Shown: in pieces, positions 1-11,476 of the stretch
How positions within the stretch are numbered: the first letter of the stretch is position 1
Layout of the letters: each line of letters opens with the position of its first letter
Source of the DNA: an uncultured Acidobacteriota bacterium
GTDB taxonomy: Bacteria > Acidobacteriota > Thermoanaerobaculia > UBA5066
Reading direction: 5' to 3'
NCBI GenBank assembly: GCA_963779415.1
Contig: CAVZYA010000002.1
Coordinates: forward strand, 160,001-224,000
DNA length: 64,000 nt
Position numbers and translations under genes: made by a program
Notes under the pieces: model-generated
What the model saw: the letters and a program-made list of their open reading frames with translations, nothing else
What the model was told of the DNA's origin: nothing
Database searches by the model: none

Positions 1-524
1 CACCATCCGTTACCAGTCGCGTCCGGAGAGCTACATCGCGCCTTACGTCATCGACACCGGCGATCTCTCCGCGCACAGCGCCATGACGCTCGGTGCGGAG
101 GTCGCCTGGGTGAACGGGCCCTTCTCGCTGCAGGCGGAGTTTCTTCACTCCTGGGTCGACCGGACGGAGGGTGACCGCCTGAACTTCGGCGGCTATTACG
201 TCTCCGCGAGCTGGTTTTTGACCGACGAGAGCCGCCCCTATGATCCGTAAGAGCGGGAAGTTCACGTTCGTCAACCCGCAGAAGGACTTCAACTGGAAGA
301 AGGGGGACTGGGGCGCCTTCGAGCTGGCGTGCCGCTACTCGTTCACCAATCTGACGAACCAGGGTATCCAGGGCGGCCGCCTCAACATGCTCATGGGCGG
401 GCTGAACTGGTACCTGACGTCCCACATCCGGTTGTACCTCAACGTCGGGGCAGGAAGGGTCACCGGGACGGCCTCGGTGGGAAACATGACCATCGCCCAG
501 ATGCGACTGGCGGTCTTCATGTAG
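1..524 (+). CDS. OprO/OprP-family (phosphate-selective porin-like) outer-membrane protein, 3' part; 1-nt frameshift near 245
   Basis: Frame 2 from the window edge reads TIRYQSRPE...GYYVSASWFLTDESRPYD. It continues in the 240..524 frame as RKSGKF...GAFELACRYS...GLNWYL...RLAVFM, the typical OprO/P C-terminal pattern. One extra C at ~245 separates the two frames. Confidence 0.75.
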
Positions 525-660
525 CGGCTGGCCTCGAGGCCGGGGCCTCGAAAAATGAGGCTCCAGACGGCCCTGGGTGCGTCTTGGCCGGCGGAGCTGT
601 TGATAGACTCCAACGTCCTTTGACGAGATCCACAATCAACTCTTCGATGGAGGGTTCCGC

Positions 661-1836
661 GTGCTCCTGAAACCCGAAAGACGACTCCTTCCGATCTCCC
701 TTCTCGCCGCGGCCCTCTTCGCCCCGGGTTGCGGGAAGAAGGAAGCCGCCGCCCCGCCGCCACCCGAGGTCTACGTCACCCCGGTCGTCGTGAAGGACGT
801 CCCGGTCTACCTGGAGCTCGTCGGCCAGACGAGAGGCTCACAGGACGTCGAGATTCGCGCACGCGTGGAGGGCTACCTCGAGTCGGTGAAGTTCACAGAG
901 GGGACGTTCGTCACGAAGGGCACCCCCCTCTACCAGATCGACCCCAAGCCCTTCGAGGCGACCCTCGCGGCGGCCAAGGCCGACCTGGCCACCGCCCGGG
1001 CGCGGCTCCAGAAGACCAGCAACGACGTGGCCCGGTACGAGCCGCTCGTCGCGCAGAAGGCGATCAGCCAGCAGGAGCTGGACAACGCCCTCTCCGCCCG
1101 GGACGCGGCCAAGGCCCAGGTGGACGCGGCGGCCGCTGCCGTGGACAGGGCGACCCTCGATCTCGGCTATACCTCGATCGCGGCGCCCCTCGACGGGATC
1201 GTCGGCACCACGAAGGTCAAGGCCGGCAACCTCGTCGGCCGCGGCGAAAGCACGCTGCTGACGACGGTATCGAAGGTCGACCCGATCCTCTTCCGCGCCG
1301 GGATCAGCGAGGCCGAGTACCTGCGAATCGCGAAGCGGGTTCAGGAGGGGGGCCAGAAGGCCGCCAACGCCGAGGTCACGCTGATCCTGGCCGACGGCAC
1401 CGTTCTTCCCGACAAGGGGCGTATCGACGCCATCGAGCGGGAGGTGGACCCGACGACGGGCACCCTCGCGGTGCAGTTCACGTTCCCGAACCCGAACCGC
1501 ATCGTGCGCCCCGGCCAGTACGGGCGCGCGCGTTTCGTTCTCGAGACGAAAGCCGGAGCGCTCCTCGTGCCGCAGCGCGCGGTGCAGGAACTGCAGAATC
1601 TCTACAGCGTGGCGACCGTGGGCGCCGACAACAAGGTCGCCTTCAAGAGCGTCAAGGTCGGCCCCCGCGTGGACGGCCTCTGGGTGATCGAGGAGGGCCT
1701 GAAGGCCGGCGAAACGGTCGTCGTGGAGGGCCTCCAGCGGATCCGCGACGGCATGACGGTGACGACGAAGCCCGCGGCCGCGATGCCCGGCAGTCCGGGA
1801 GCGGCGGAGCCGGCCGCCGAGGGGAAGGCGAAGTAG
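661..1836 (+). CDS. RND efflux periplasmic adaptor (membrane fusion protein, AcrA/MexA-like lipoprotein)
   Basis: Lipobox-like APGC, then VEIRARVEGYL, LYQIDP, IAAPLDG, RPGQY, LLVPQRAV and GLKAGETVVVEG motifs; directly upstream of an RND permease. Confidence 0.95.
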   Translation: MLLKPERRLLPISLLAAALFAPGCGKKEAAAPPPPEVYVTPVVVKDVPVYLELVGQTRGSQDVEIRARVEGYLESVKFTEGTFVTKGTPLYQIDPKPFEATLAAAKADLATARARLQKTSNDVARYEPLVAQKAISQQELDNALSARDAAKAQVDAAAAAVDRATLDLGYTSIAAPLDGIVGTTKVKAGNLVGRGESTLLTTVSKVDPILFRAGISEAEYLRIAKRVQEGGQKAANAEVTLILADGTVLPDKGRIDAIEREVDPTTGTLAVQFTFPNPNRIVRPGQYGRARFVLETKAGALLVPQRAVQELQNLYSVATVGADNKVAFKSVKVGPRVDGLWVIEEGLKAGETVVVEGLQRIRDGMTVTTKPAAAMPGSPGAAEPAAEGKAK

Positions 1837-1839
1837 CCC

Positions 1840-4800
1840 ATGTCCCGCTTTTTCGTCAACCGGCCCATCGTGGCGATGGTCATCTCCATCGTCACGGTCC
1901 TCATCGGCCTCGTCGCCATGTCGAGCCTGCCGATCGCCCAGTACCCCGAGGTCGTGCCCCCGATGGTCCAGGCCACCACCACCTTCGTGGGCGCGAGCGC
2001 CACCGACGTGGAGGCGTCGGTCGCGACGCCGATCGAGCAGAAGGTGAACGGCGTCGAGAAGGGCATCTACATGAAGTCGACGAACGCCAACGACGGCACC
2101 ATGACGCTGAAGGTGTCGTTCGAGGTGGGCTCGAACCTCGACATGGACAACGTCCTCACCCAGAACCGGCTCTCCGAGGCGATGCCCATGCTGCCGCAGT
2201 CCGTCAAGAACTACGGCGTCGCGGTCAAGAAGGCGCTCCCGTTCCCCCTGCTCGTCATCTCGATCAAGTCGCCGAAGGGGACGTACGACAACAACTTCCT
2301 CTCCAACTACGCCACGATCAACATCAACGACGCGATCGCGAGGATTCCGGGCGTCGGCCAGATCAACCTCTTCGGAGGCAGCGACTACGCGATGCGCATC
2401 TGGCTCCGGCCCGACCGGATCGCGAAGCTCGGGCTCACGGTCCCCGATATCGTGAACGCCATAAGCCAGCAGAACCAGATCTCCCCCGCCGGCCAGATCG
2501 GCGGGCCGCCGGCGGTGCCGGGGACCGAGTACACCTACACCGTGAAGACCCAGGGGCGCCTCCTGAACGAGGAGGAGTTCGGCAACATCGTCATCCGCTC
2601 GAATCCCGACGGCTCGCAGGTGTACCTCAAGGACGTGGCGCGCCTCGAGCTGGGGACGATGCTCTACAACGCGATCGGCCGCCACAACAGCCTGGCGGCC
2701 GCCGTCATCTCCGTCTTCCAGATCCCCGGCACGAACGCGCTCGACGTGGCGGACCGGATCAAGAAGACGATGGAGGAGCTGAAGCAGCGCTTTCCCCGCG
2801 ACATGGAGTACCTGATCTCGCTCGACACGACGCTCCCGGTCAAGGAGGGGATCAACGAGATCGTCCACACGCTCTTCGAGGCGGTGCTGCTGGTCATCCT
2901 GGTGGTGTTCGTCTTCCTGCAGAACTGGCGCGCGACGCTGATTCCCCTCGTAACGGTGCCCGTCTCGCTCATCGGCGCCTTCATCTTCTTCCCGCTCCTC
3001 GGCTTCTCGATCAACGTCCTCTCGCTCCTCGGGCTCGTCCTGGCGATCGGCATCGTCGTCGACGACGCGATCGTCGTCGTCGAAGCGGTCATGCACCACA
3101 TCGAGCAGGGGATGGACCCGAAGGAGGCGACGCTCAAGGCGATGGAGGAGGTGTCGGGCCCCGTGGTCGCGATCGGCCTCGTCCTTTCCGCCGTCTTCGT
3201 CCCCGTGGGCTTCATGGGGGGCATCACCGGGCGCTTCTACCAGCAGTTCGCGATCACGATCGCACTCTCGGTGCTCCTCTCGGTGATCAACGCCCTCACC
3301 CTCAGCCCCGCCCTCGCGGCGATGCTCCTGAAGGCACCCACCGGAAAGAAGACCCTCCTCACTCCGTTCTACGAGTGGTTCAACCGGGTCTTCGGCCGCG
3401 GCACCGACGCCTACGTCAGCTTCTCGGGGATCCTGATCCGGAAGACGGCGCGGAGCCTCATCTTCATCGCGATCCTCGTCGGCGCGATCGTCGTCCTGGG
3501 GCGGAAGATCCCGGCGGGCTTCATCCCCGAGGAGGACCAGGGCTACCTGCTCGCCCAGGTCAACCTGCCCGACGCCTCCTCGCTCGAGCGCACCGACCTG
3601 GTGATGAAGAAGGCCGAGGCCATCATCAAGGCGAACGAGGGTGTCGAGGGCTACAACACGGTCACCGGCTTCAGCCTGGTCACCGGCGCCTACTCCTCGA
3701 ACCAGGGCTTCTTCTTCATCCAGCTCAAGGAGTGGGCCCACCGCAAGACCCCCCAGACGCACGCGAACGGCGTGGTCGCCGCGCTCAACAAGGCCTTCGC
3801 CCGGCAGATCCCCGAGGCGACGGCGGTGGCGTTCGGGCCCCCGGCGATCCCCGGCCTCGGGACGGGGGCGGGCTTCACGATGCAGCTCCAGGACCGGAGC
3901 GGCGGCACGCCGGAGTACCTGGCCGAAGCAGGCCGCGCGCTTCATCGAGGCCGCGCGCAAGCGGCCCGAGATCGGGCGCGTCTCGACCCTCTACCGCGCG
4001 AGCGTGCCGCAGGTCTACGCGGACATCGACCGGAGCAAGGTGCTGAAGGTCGGCGCGACGATCTCCGACGTCAACACGACGCTCGGGGCGCTGCTCGGCA
4101 GCTCCTACGTCAACGACTTCAACCGGTTCGGCCGCGTCTACAAGGTCTACGTCCAGGCCGAGCCCGAGTACCGGAAGGACCCGAAGCAGCTGGGGCTCTT
4201 CTTCGTCCGCAGCGCCAAGGGCGAGATGATCCCCCTCGACACGCTGGTCTCCACGCGGCCCACGTCCGGACCGGAGTTCACGAACCGCTTCAACCTCTAC
4301 CGCTCCGCCGAGATCAGCGGCGTGCCCGCGCCCGGCTACTCCTCGGCGCAGGCCCTCGACGCCCTCGAGCAGACCGCGAAGGAGGTCCTGCCGCCGGAGA
4401 TGGGCTACGAATGGGCGGACATGTCGTACCAGGAGAAGAAGGCCCCCGGCGTCGCCGTCGTCTTCGGCCTCGCGATCCTGCTGGTGTTCCTGATCCTGGC
4501 CGCGCAGTACGAGAGCTGGGGGCTGCCCTTCAGCGTCCTTCTCGGCACGCCGTTCGCGGTGTTCGGCGCCTACTTCGGCCTCTGGGCCGCCCGGCACTTT
4601 TCGGAAAGCTACGTGAACAACGTCTTCGCGCAGATCGCGCTCATCATGCTGATCGGGCTCGCCGCGAAGAACGCGATCCTGATCGTGGAGTTCGCGAAGA
4701 TGCAAATGGGCACCGGGATGGGCCTCGTGGAGGCCGCGCTCAGCTCGGCCAAGCTGCGCTTTCGGCCCATCCTGATGACGGCCTTCGCCTTCATCCTCGG

Positions 4801-5017
4801 CGTCGTGCCGCTCCTGACGGCGTCGGGGGCCGGGGCCGAGGCCCGCAAGGTGATCGGCATGGCCGTCTTCGCCGGCATGCTGATCGCGACCATCCTCGGC
4901 GTCTGCCTGATCCCGGTCCTGTTCGTCGTGGTCGAGAAGGTGACCGGCGGGGGCAAGCACGGGACGCCGCCGGCGGACGGGACGGCGCAGGAAAGCGGCC
5001 ACGGGGGAGGACATTGA
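1840..5017 (+). CDS. RND efflux permease (HAE1, AcrB/MexB-like); 1-nt frameshift at ~3927
   Basis: MSRFFVNRPIVA start and VVDDAIVVVE (TM4 Asp pair). The C-terminal part in ORF 3641..5017 has AAKNAILIVEFA and RFRPILMT. Removing one A in gccgaagcag restores AEQAARF. Confidence 0.93.
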
Positions 5018-5018
5018 G

Positions 5019-6446
5019 ATGAAGAAGCTCCTTGTTTCCTGCCTCCTGGGCGCCTTCCTCGCCGGCTGCGCCGTCGGCCCGAACTACAAGCAGCCCGCTG
5101 TCGCGGCTCCCGAGCAGTACCGCGAGGTCCAGGGCCCGCCCGCGCCGGGCGCGTCGCTCGCCGACCTGCCGTGGTGGGAGACTTTCGGGGATCCGGCTCT
5201 GCAGAGCCTGATCGACGAAGCGCTCCGGAACAACTACGACGCCCGGATCGCCGCCTTCCGCGTCGACGAGGCGCGCGCCCGGGCGGGGATCGCCCGTTCG
5301 GAGTTCTTCCCGCAGATCGGATACGGAGGCGGCGTCTCGCGCGGCCTCACCTCGACCTACCTCTTCCCCGGCTCGACGACGGGAAACCAGGTCAGCGCCA
5401 ACGTGAACTTCGGTTGGGAGCTGGACCTCTGGGGACGAATCCGGCGCCTGAACGAATCCGCGAAAGCGCAGTACCTTGCGACGGAGGAAGCGCGGCGCGG
5501 CGTCGTCCTGTCGCTCGTCTCCGAAGTCGCCGCGACCTACTTCAATCTCCGCGCGCTCGACGAGCAGCTCGTCATCACGAAGGCGACCGTCGCCTCGTTC
5601 GAGGAGCAGTACAGGCTCTTCGATCTGAAGCTCCAGGGGGGGGCGGCCTCCTCCATCCAGACGTCGTATGCCGGCGCGGCTCTCGGTCAGGTGACCGCAC
5701 AGGTGCCGGAGATCGAACGGCAGATCGAGGCGACGGAAAACCGGCTCTGCCTGCTTCTCGGCCGGAACCCGGGGCCGATCCCGAGGGGCGAGGCGCTCGC
5801 CGCGCAGGCGTTGCCTCCGAAGATTCCGGCGGGCCTCCCGTCGGACCTCCTGAAGCGGCGGCCCGACATCCTGCAGGCCGAGCAGCAGCTCGTCGCTGCG
5901 AACGCCGACGTCGGCGTGTCCGTGGCGAATTTCTTCCCGTCCATCAGCCTGACGGGGCTCTTCGGCGGCGTCAGCCCGGACGTCTCGAGCCTCTTCTCGG
6001 CCGGAAAGACCTGGTCGATCGCCGCGGGACTCGTCGGACCGCTCTTCCAGGGGGGAAGGCTCCGGAGCGAGTACGAGGTGGCGGTGGCCCGATGGGAGCA
6101 GGCGAAGGCCCAGTACGAGCAGAGCGTCACGGGCGCTTTCGCCGAGACGACCACGGTCCTCTACGCGCGGGAGAAGATCGAGGCGTCCATCGTCCAGCTG
6201 AAACGGACGGTCGCCGAGTACCGCGAGATGGTCCGGCTCGCGAACGTCCGTTACGACGCGGGCGTGTCGGACTACTTCGAGGTTCTCTACTCCATGCAAC
6301 TTCTCTATCCGGCTGAGGTGACGCTCGTCAACGCGCAGCTCGACCTAGCCGTCGACTACGTGAACATCTACAAGGCGCTCGGCGGCGGATGGAATCAGCC
6401 GGAGACCCGGCCGGAGGCTGCACCGGCGCCGCCGCAGACAAACTGA
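5019..6446 (+). CDS. RND outer-membrane factor lipoprotein (NodT/OprM family)
   Basis: Lipobox LAGC-AVGPNY; WELDLWGRIRR, GLPSDLLKRRPDI and YKALGGGW motifs. Confidence 0.95.
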   Translation: MKKLLVSCLLGAFLAGCAVGPNYKQPAVAAPEQYREVQGPPAPGASLADLPWWETFGDPALQSLIDEALRNNYDARIAAFRVDEARARAGIARSEFFPQIGYGGGVSRGLTSTYLFPGSTTGNQVSANVNFGWELDLWGRIRRLNESAKAQYLATEEARRGVVLSLVSEVAATYFNLRALDEQLVITKATVASFEEQYRLFDLKLQGGAASSIQTSYAGAALGQVTAQVPEIERQIEATENRLCLLLGRNPGPIPRGEALAAQALPPKIPAGLPSDLLKRRPDILQAEQQLVAANADVGVSVANFFPSISLTGLFGGVSPDVSSLFSAGKTWSIAAGLVGPLFQGGRLRSEYEVAVARWEQAKAQYEQSVTGAFAETTTVLYAREKIEASIVQLKRTVAEYREMVRLANVRYDAGVSDYFEVLYSMQLLYPAEVTLVNAQLDLAVDYVNIYKALGGGWNQPETRPEAAPAPPQTN

Positions 6447-6477
6447 CGGGCGCGGGCCACCGAAAAAAGGAGAAGCA

Positions 6478-6933
6478 ATGAGGTTCCCGAATCGTCTCGC
6501 CTCCGCATTGGCTCTTCTCTCCGCTCTTCTTCTTCCCTCGTCCGCCCGGGCCCAATGGGTCTTCGTGGCACGGAAGGCAGTCGGAAAGATCCAGACCCTG
6601 ACCCAGAAGGAATCGACCGGCACGCCCGGCTACAGCGTGGCGACGGTCATCCTCGAGGGAAAGGCCGACAAGGTCTGGGCGACCGCGCTCAAGTCCGCCC
6701 AGTCGGCTCCGAATGCCCGGCTCACGCAGCAGGACCCGGCCGCATACACCCTCGAGTTCGTCGCCGCCGGCCAAGTCGCAGGGCTCCGGGTCTCGCAGGT
6801 GGACTCGAAGAAGGTCCAGATCCTCATCGCGTCGGCCGTTTCGCCCGGCAAGCCCGACGCGACACCGGCCGTCGTCGAGGCGACGCTCCGCATCTGCAAG
6901 GAGATGGGCGCCGTCTGCGAGGTCGTGAAGTAG
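6478..6933 (+). CDS. Hypothetical exported protein between two RND operons
   Basis: Good RBS (aaggaga), signal peptide ending ARA-Q, high GC3 codon usage, C-terminal Cys pair (CKEMGAVC). Confidence 0.7.
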   Translation: MRFPNRLASALALLSALLLPSSARAQWVFVARKAVGKIQTLTQKESTGTPGYSVATVILEGKADKVWATALKSAQSAPNARLTQQDPAAYTLEFVAAGQVAGLRVSQVDSKKVQILIASAVSPGKPDATPAVVEATLRICKEMGAVCEVVK

Positions 6934-7114
6934 GGGAGATCGCTCGCCCCGCAGGCGGTCTTGTCCCGGGCAACCGGCTCCCGACTCGCCCGAAGTCCGG
7001 CGTGATGCTCTTGAATCAGACCTGACGGAAGAGGCTGCCTCCTCTCGTTCGTGGCGGTATCGTCGCGAGCACGCGGCTCTCCCCGGTCACCCTCGATTCG
7101 AAGGAGGGGTCTAC

Positions 7115-8301
7115 ATGCCATGTCTCCTTTTCCGCAGGGTAGCGGCGGCACCCTTCCTCCCGATCGCTCTGCTCTTCGCCCTCGCGCCAGGCGGCTGCGG
7201 GAAGGCGCCCACGGCCGCCGCACCCCCCCGCCGGTCGTCACGGTCGTGACGGTGGTTCCGAAGGACGAGCCCGTCGACGCCCAGTTCGTCGGCCAGACGC
7301 AGAGCTCCCACCTCGTCAACATCCAGGCCCGGGTGAGCGGGTTTCTCGACAAGCGCTTGTACACGGAAGGAGCCGTCGTGAAGGAGGGGCAGGTTCTCTT
7401 CCAGATGGACCCGAAGCCGTTCCAGGCCCAGCTCTCACAGGCCCGGGCCGCTCTCGCCCAGGCGGAGGCGGCCAAGGAGACGGCCCGCCTGAACCTGGAG
7501 CGGACCCGGCCGCTCACCGCGCTGAACGCCCTGTCGCAAAAGGACCTCGACGACGCGACCGGCCAGTTCCAGTCCTCGGCCGCCGCCGTCGAGCAGGCGA
7601 AAGCCGAGGTCGAGACGGCCGAGCTGAACCTCTCCTACACGACGATCACGACCCCCGTGACCGGCGTCAGCAGCTCGGCGAAGCAGACGGACGGCACGTT
7701 CATCAACGCCCAGAACAGCCTCCTGACGACGGTGGCGGCCCTCTCCCCGATGTGGGTGAACTTCAGCCTCTCCGAGAACCAGATGCAGGCCTACCGCGAC
7801 CAGGCGGCCCGGGGCCTCCTGGTCATGCCGAAAGACAGGCTCTACACACTCGAGATCGTCCTCGTGGATGGATCGATCTACCCGCACACGGCCCTGATCA
7901 CTTTCGCGGAGCCCTCCTTCAACGCCTCGACCGGGACGTTCCTCATCCGGGGCAGCGTGGCGAACCCCGATGGCGTCCTTCGCCCGAACCAGTACGTGAG
8001 GGTCCGCGTCAAGGGGGCGATCCGGCCCGGCGCGATCCTGATTCCCCAGCGCGCCGTCCAGCAGGGCTCGCAGGGGCATTTCGTCTGGGTCGTCGGAACC
8101 GACGCGAAGGCTGAGCGACGCCCCGTCACCGTCGGCGACTGGTACGGGGACGACTGGTTCATCTCCGAGGGACTCAGGGCAGGAGACCGGGTCGTCGTGG
8201 ACGGAGGCCTCACGCTCCGGCCGGGGACCGCCGTCACCGTGAAGGACGCACCGCCGCCTGGCGCAAACGCCACACCTCCCGCCGTCTCCACGGGACGGTA
8301 G
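7115..8301 (+). CDS. RND efflux periplasmic adaptor (second MFP); 1-nt frameshift in the poly-C run at ~7222-7229
   Basis: RBS aaggagggg then ATG at 7115 gives MPCLLFRRVAAAPFLPIALLFALAPGGCGK (lipoprotein signal). This joins PPVVTVVTV...IQARVSGFL...LFQMDP...LRPNQY...GLRAGDRVVVDG in the 7051..8301 frame. Confidence 0.9.
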
Positions 8302-8313
8302 AGGGGCCGGGTC

Positions 8314-11300
8314 GTGTTCTCGAAGTTCTTCATCGAGCGGCCGATCTTCGCGACCGTCATTTCGCTCATCATCTGCATCGCCGGCCTCGTGGCGATGGGG
8401 CTCCTGCCGATCGAACAGTATCCGCCGATCACCCCCGTGCAGGTGACGGTGAGCGCGACCTATCCGGGCGCCGACTCGCAGACCGTGGCCGACTCGGTCG
8501 CCGCGCCGATCGAGGCGCAGATCAACGGCGTCGACAACATGATCTACATGTCGTCGTCGAGCTCCTCGAACGGGCAGCTCACGCTCACCGTCTACTTCAC
8601 GCTGGACACCGACCCGGACATCGCCCAGGTGCAGGTGCAGAACCGGGTCAGCCTCGCGCTCCCCCAGCTCCCGACGGCCGTCACGCAGCTCGGCGTCTCC
8701 GTCCAGAAGAAGGCCTCCTCGATCATGATGCTGATCGGCGTCTTCGCGAAGGACGGGGCTTACAGCAGCGACTACGTCGCCAACTACGCGAACGTCTACG
8801 TCCTCGACGCGCTCAAGCGGGTGCCGGGCGCCGGGCAGGCGGCGATCCTCGGGGTGCCCGACCAGGCGATGCGGATCTGGATGAACCCGGACCGGATGAC
8901 CTCGCTCGGGATCACGACGACCGACATCCAGCAGGCCGTCGCCAAGCAGAACGCCCTCTACGGCGCGGGCCAGATCGGACAGCAGCCGACCGCGGGCAAG
9001 GTGCAGATGACGTTCCCGGTCGTCACCCAGCGCCCGTTCACCCGGCCGGAGGAGTACGAGAACATCATCCTCCGCGCGAGCCCCGACCAGAGCGCCATCG
9101 TCTACCTCAAGGACGTGGCGCGAGCCGAGGTGGGCCTCCGGCAGTACCTGGTCGAGAGCAAGCTCAACGGCGTCCCGGCCACCCTGATCGCCGTCTACCA
9201 GCAGCCCGGCGCCAATGGCATCGCGGTCTCGAACGCGGTCCGAAAGACGCTCGGGGAGATGAAGGCCCGCTTCCCCGCGGGAATCGACTACAGGATCTCC
9301 CTCGACACGAACGACTTCGTGAAGATCTCCATCGACGAGGTGAAGAAGACCCTCCTCGAGGCGATCGTCCTCGTCGTCCTCGTCGTCTTCCTCTTCCTGC
9401 AGAGCTTCCGGACGACGGTCATCTGCGTCGTGGCGATCGTCGTCGCCCTCGTCAGCACCTTTGCCGGAATGCTGGCTCTCAGGTTCTCCATCAACCTCCT
9501 GACCCTCTTCGGCCTGGTGCTGGCCATCGGCATGGTCGTGGACGACGCGATCGTCGTCGTCGAGAACGTCGAACGCAACATGGCGAAGCTCCACCTTCCG
9601 CCCCGGGAGGCCACGATCAAGGCGATGGGAGAGATCGGCAGCTCTCTCGTCGCCGTCGTTCTCGTCATGGCCTCGGTCTTCATCCCGGCCGCCTTCCTTC
9701 CCGGCACGACCGGCCAGCTCTACAAGCAGTTCGCCATCACGATCGTCATCTCCGTGGCCGTCTCGGGGTTCGTGGCGCTGACCCTGACCCCCGCGATGTG
9801 CGGGGTCCTCCTCCGGCACGGCGAGCCGCCGAAGAAGGGGTTCTTCGCCTGGTTCAACCGGGGCGTGGACGGGATCACCCGCGCCTTCGGGGACGCCGTG
9901 ATGCTCGTCATCAAGCGGGTGGCCGTCGCGTTCGCGATTCTCGCCGTCCTCGTCGGGGCGATCGTCCACCTCTTCCGGGTCATCCCGACGAGCTTCGTGC
10001 CGACGGAGGACCAAGGCTACGTGATGGCGGCCGCGATCATGCCCGACGCCGCCAGCCTCGACCGGACCGGAGAGGTCGTGGACCGCGTCGACGAGATCTT
10101 CGCGAAGATCCCGGGCGTCGGCGACCGGTCGGCCGTCACGGGATTCAGCCTTCTGGACAACGGGTTCAAGACGAATGCCGGCACCCTTTTCGTGACGCTC
10201 AAGCCGTTCGACGAGCGCTACGCGTCGGCGAAGAAGGCGAAGGAGGAGAACGCCCGGGCCGTCCTGATGGCGGTGGCGCGGGAGTCCCGCGCCATTAGGG
10301 AGGGCGCGGTCATGCCGATCCCGCCCCCCGCGATCCCCGGTATCGGGACGACCGGAGGTTTCGAGTTCTGGATCCAGGACACGGCCGCGGGGGATCCGGC
10401 GAAGCTGGAGGAGGTCACCCGGCAGTTCCTCGCGAAGGCGGGTCAGCGCCCCGAGCTGACCACGCTGAACACGACTTTCCGCGCGACGACACAGCAGCTC
10501 TCGGCCGACGTCGACCGGGACAAGGCGAACCTCCTCGGCGTCCCGGTCCAGGACGTCTACAGCGCGATCCAGGCCCAGTTCGGGTCGCTGACCGTCAGCC
10601 AGTACAACGAGTACAGCCGGGTCTGGTGGGTCGTCCTCCAGTCCGAGCCGAAGTACCGGCAGCATCCCGGGGACCTGACCCGCCTCTACACGCGCTCCTC
10701 TTCCGGCGAGATGGTGCCGCTCTCGGCCCTCGTGACGACCCGCTGGGTGAGCGGCCCGGACCTGCTCCCCCATTTCAACGGATTTCCCGCCGCGAAGGTG
10801 AACGGAAACGCGGCCGCGACCTACAGCTCGGGGCAGGCGATCGCGGCGATGGAGGAGGTGGCGCGGGAAGTACTCCCGTCCGGGTTCACCTTCGCCTGGT
10901 CGGGCCTCGCGTTCGAGGAGAAGAAATCGGGAGGCTCCTCTTCTCTCGCTTTCGTCTTCGGCCTCCTGATCGTCTTCCTCGTCCTGGCCGCGCAGTACGA
11001 GTCGTGGACGTTACCCGGGTCCGTGATGATGGCCGTCCCCTTCGGCGTCCTCGGCGCCCTGACCGCCAACTGGCTCCGCGGGCTCTCGAACGACGTCTAC
11101 TTCCAGATCGGGCTTCTCGTCCTGATCGGCCTCGGGGCGAAGAACGCGATCCTGCGGGTCTCCTTCGCCCGGGAGCTTCGCCTCGAAGGGAAGTCGATCA
11201 TCGACGCGACGATCGAGGCCGGGGAGCAGAGGCTCCGGCCGATCATCATGACGTCGCTCGCTTTCGCCTTCGGCTGCCTGCCCCTCGCCCTCGCGATGGG

Positions 11301-11475
11301 CGCCGGCGCGAACGCACGGCACTCGATCGGGACCGGGATCATCGGCGGAATGATCGGAGAGACGACGCTCGCGATGCTCTACGTGCCGCTCCTCTTCTAT
11401 CTTTTCGAGCGGTTCGGCGAGCGCGGGAAGGAAAAAGGGGCCGCCGTGACCGCGGGCGGCGGGAAGGAGGGCTGA
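8314..11475 (+). CDS. RND efflux permease (HAE1 family), second copy
   Basis: 1053 aa; MFSKFFIERPIFA, VVDDAIVVVEN, GAKNAIL and RLRPIIMTS motifs. Confidence 0.95.
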   Translation: MFSKFFIERPIFATVISLIICIAGLVAMGLLPIEQYPPITPVQVTVSATYPGADSQTVADSVAAPIEAQINGVDNMIYMSSSSSSNGQLTLTVYFTLDTDPDIAQVQVQNRVSLALPQLPTAVTQLGVSVQKKASSIMMLIGVFAKDGAYSSDYVANYANVYVLDALKRVPGAGQAAILGVPDQAMRIWMNPDRMTSLGITTTDIQQAVAKQNALYGAGQIGQQPTAGKVQMTFPVVTQRPFTRPEEYENIILRASPDQSAIVYLKDVARAEVGLRQYLVESKLNGVPATLIAVYQQPGANGIAVSNAVRKTLGEMKARFPAGIDYRISLDTNDFVKISIDEVKKTLLEAIVLVVLVVFLFLQSFRTTVICVVAIVVALVSTFAGMLALRFSINLLTLFGLVLAIGMVVDDAIVVVENVERNMAKLHLPPREATIKAMGEIGSSLVAVVLVMASVFIPAAFLPGTTGQLYKQFAITIVISVAVSGFVALTLTPAMCGVLLRHGEPPKKGFFAWFNRGVDGITRAFGDAVMLVIKRVAVAFAILAVLVGAIVHLFRVIPTSFVPTEDQGYVMAAAIMPDAASLDRTGEVVDRVDEIFAKIPGVGDRSAVTGFSLLDNGFKTNAGTLFVTLKPFDERYASAKKAKEENARAVLMAVARESRAIREGAVMPIPPPAIPGIGTTGGFEFWIQDTAAGDPAKLEEVTRQFLAKAGQRPELTTLNTTFRATTQQLSADVDRDKANLLGVPVQDVYSAIQAQFGSLTVSQYNEYSRVWWVVLQSEPKYRQHPGDLTRLYTRSSSGEMVPLSALVTTRWVSGPDLLPHFNGFPAAKVNGNAAATYSSGQAIAAMEEVAREVLPSGFTFAWSGLAFEEKKSGGSSSLAFVFGLLIVFLVLAAQYESWTLPGSVMMAVPFGVLGALTANWLRGLSNDVYFQIGLLVLIGLGAKNAILRVSFARELRLEGKSIIDATIEAGEQRLRPIIMTSLAFAFGCLPLALAMGAGANARHSIGTGIIGGMIGETTLAMLYVPLLFYLFERFGERGKEKGAAVTAGGGKEG

Positions 11476-11476
11476 G

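Noticed and set aside
600-640. FNR-like box TTGAT-N4-TCCAA upstream of the first MFP gene
   Set aside because: The second half-site matches only 3/5; too weak without comparative evidence.
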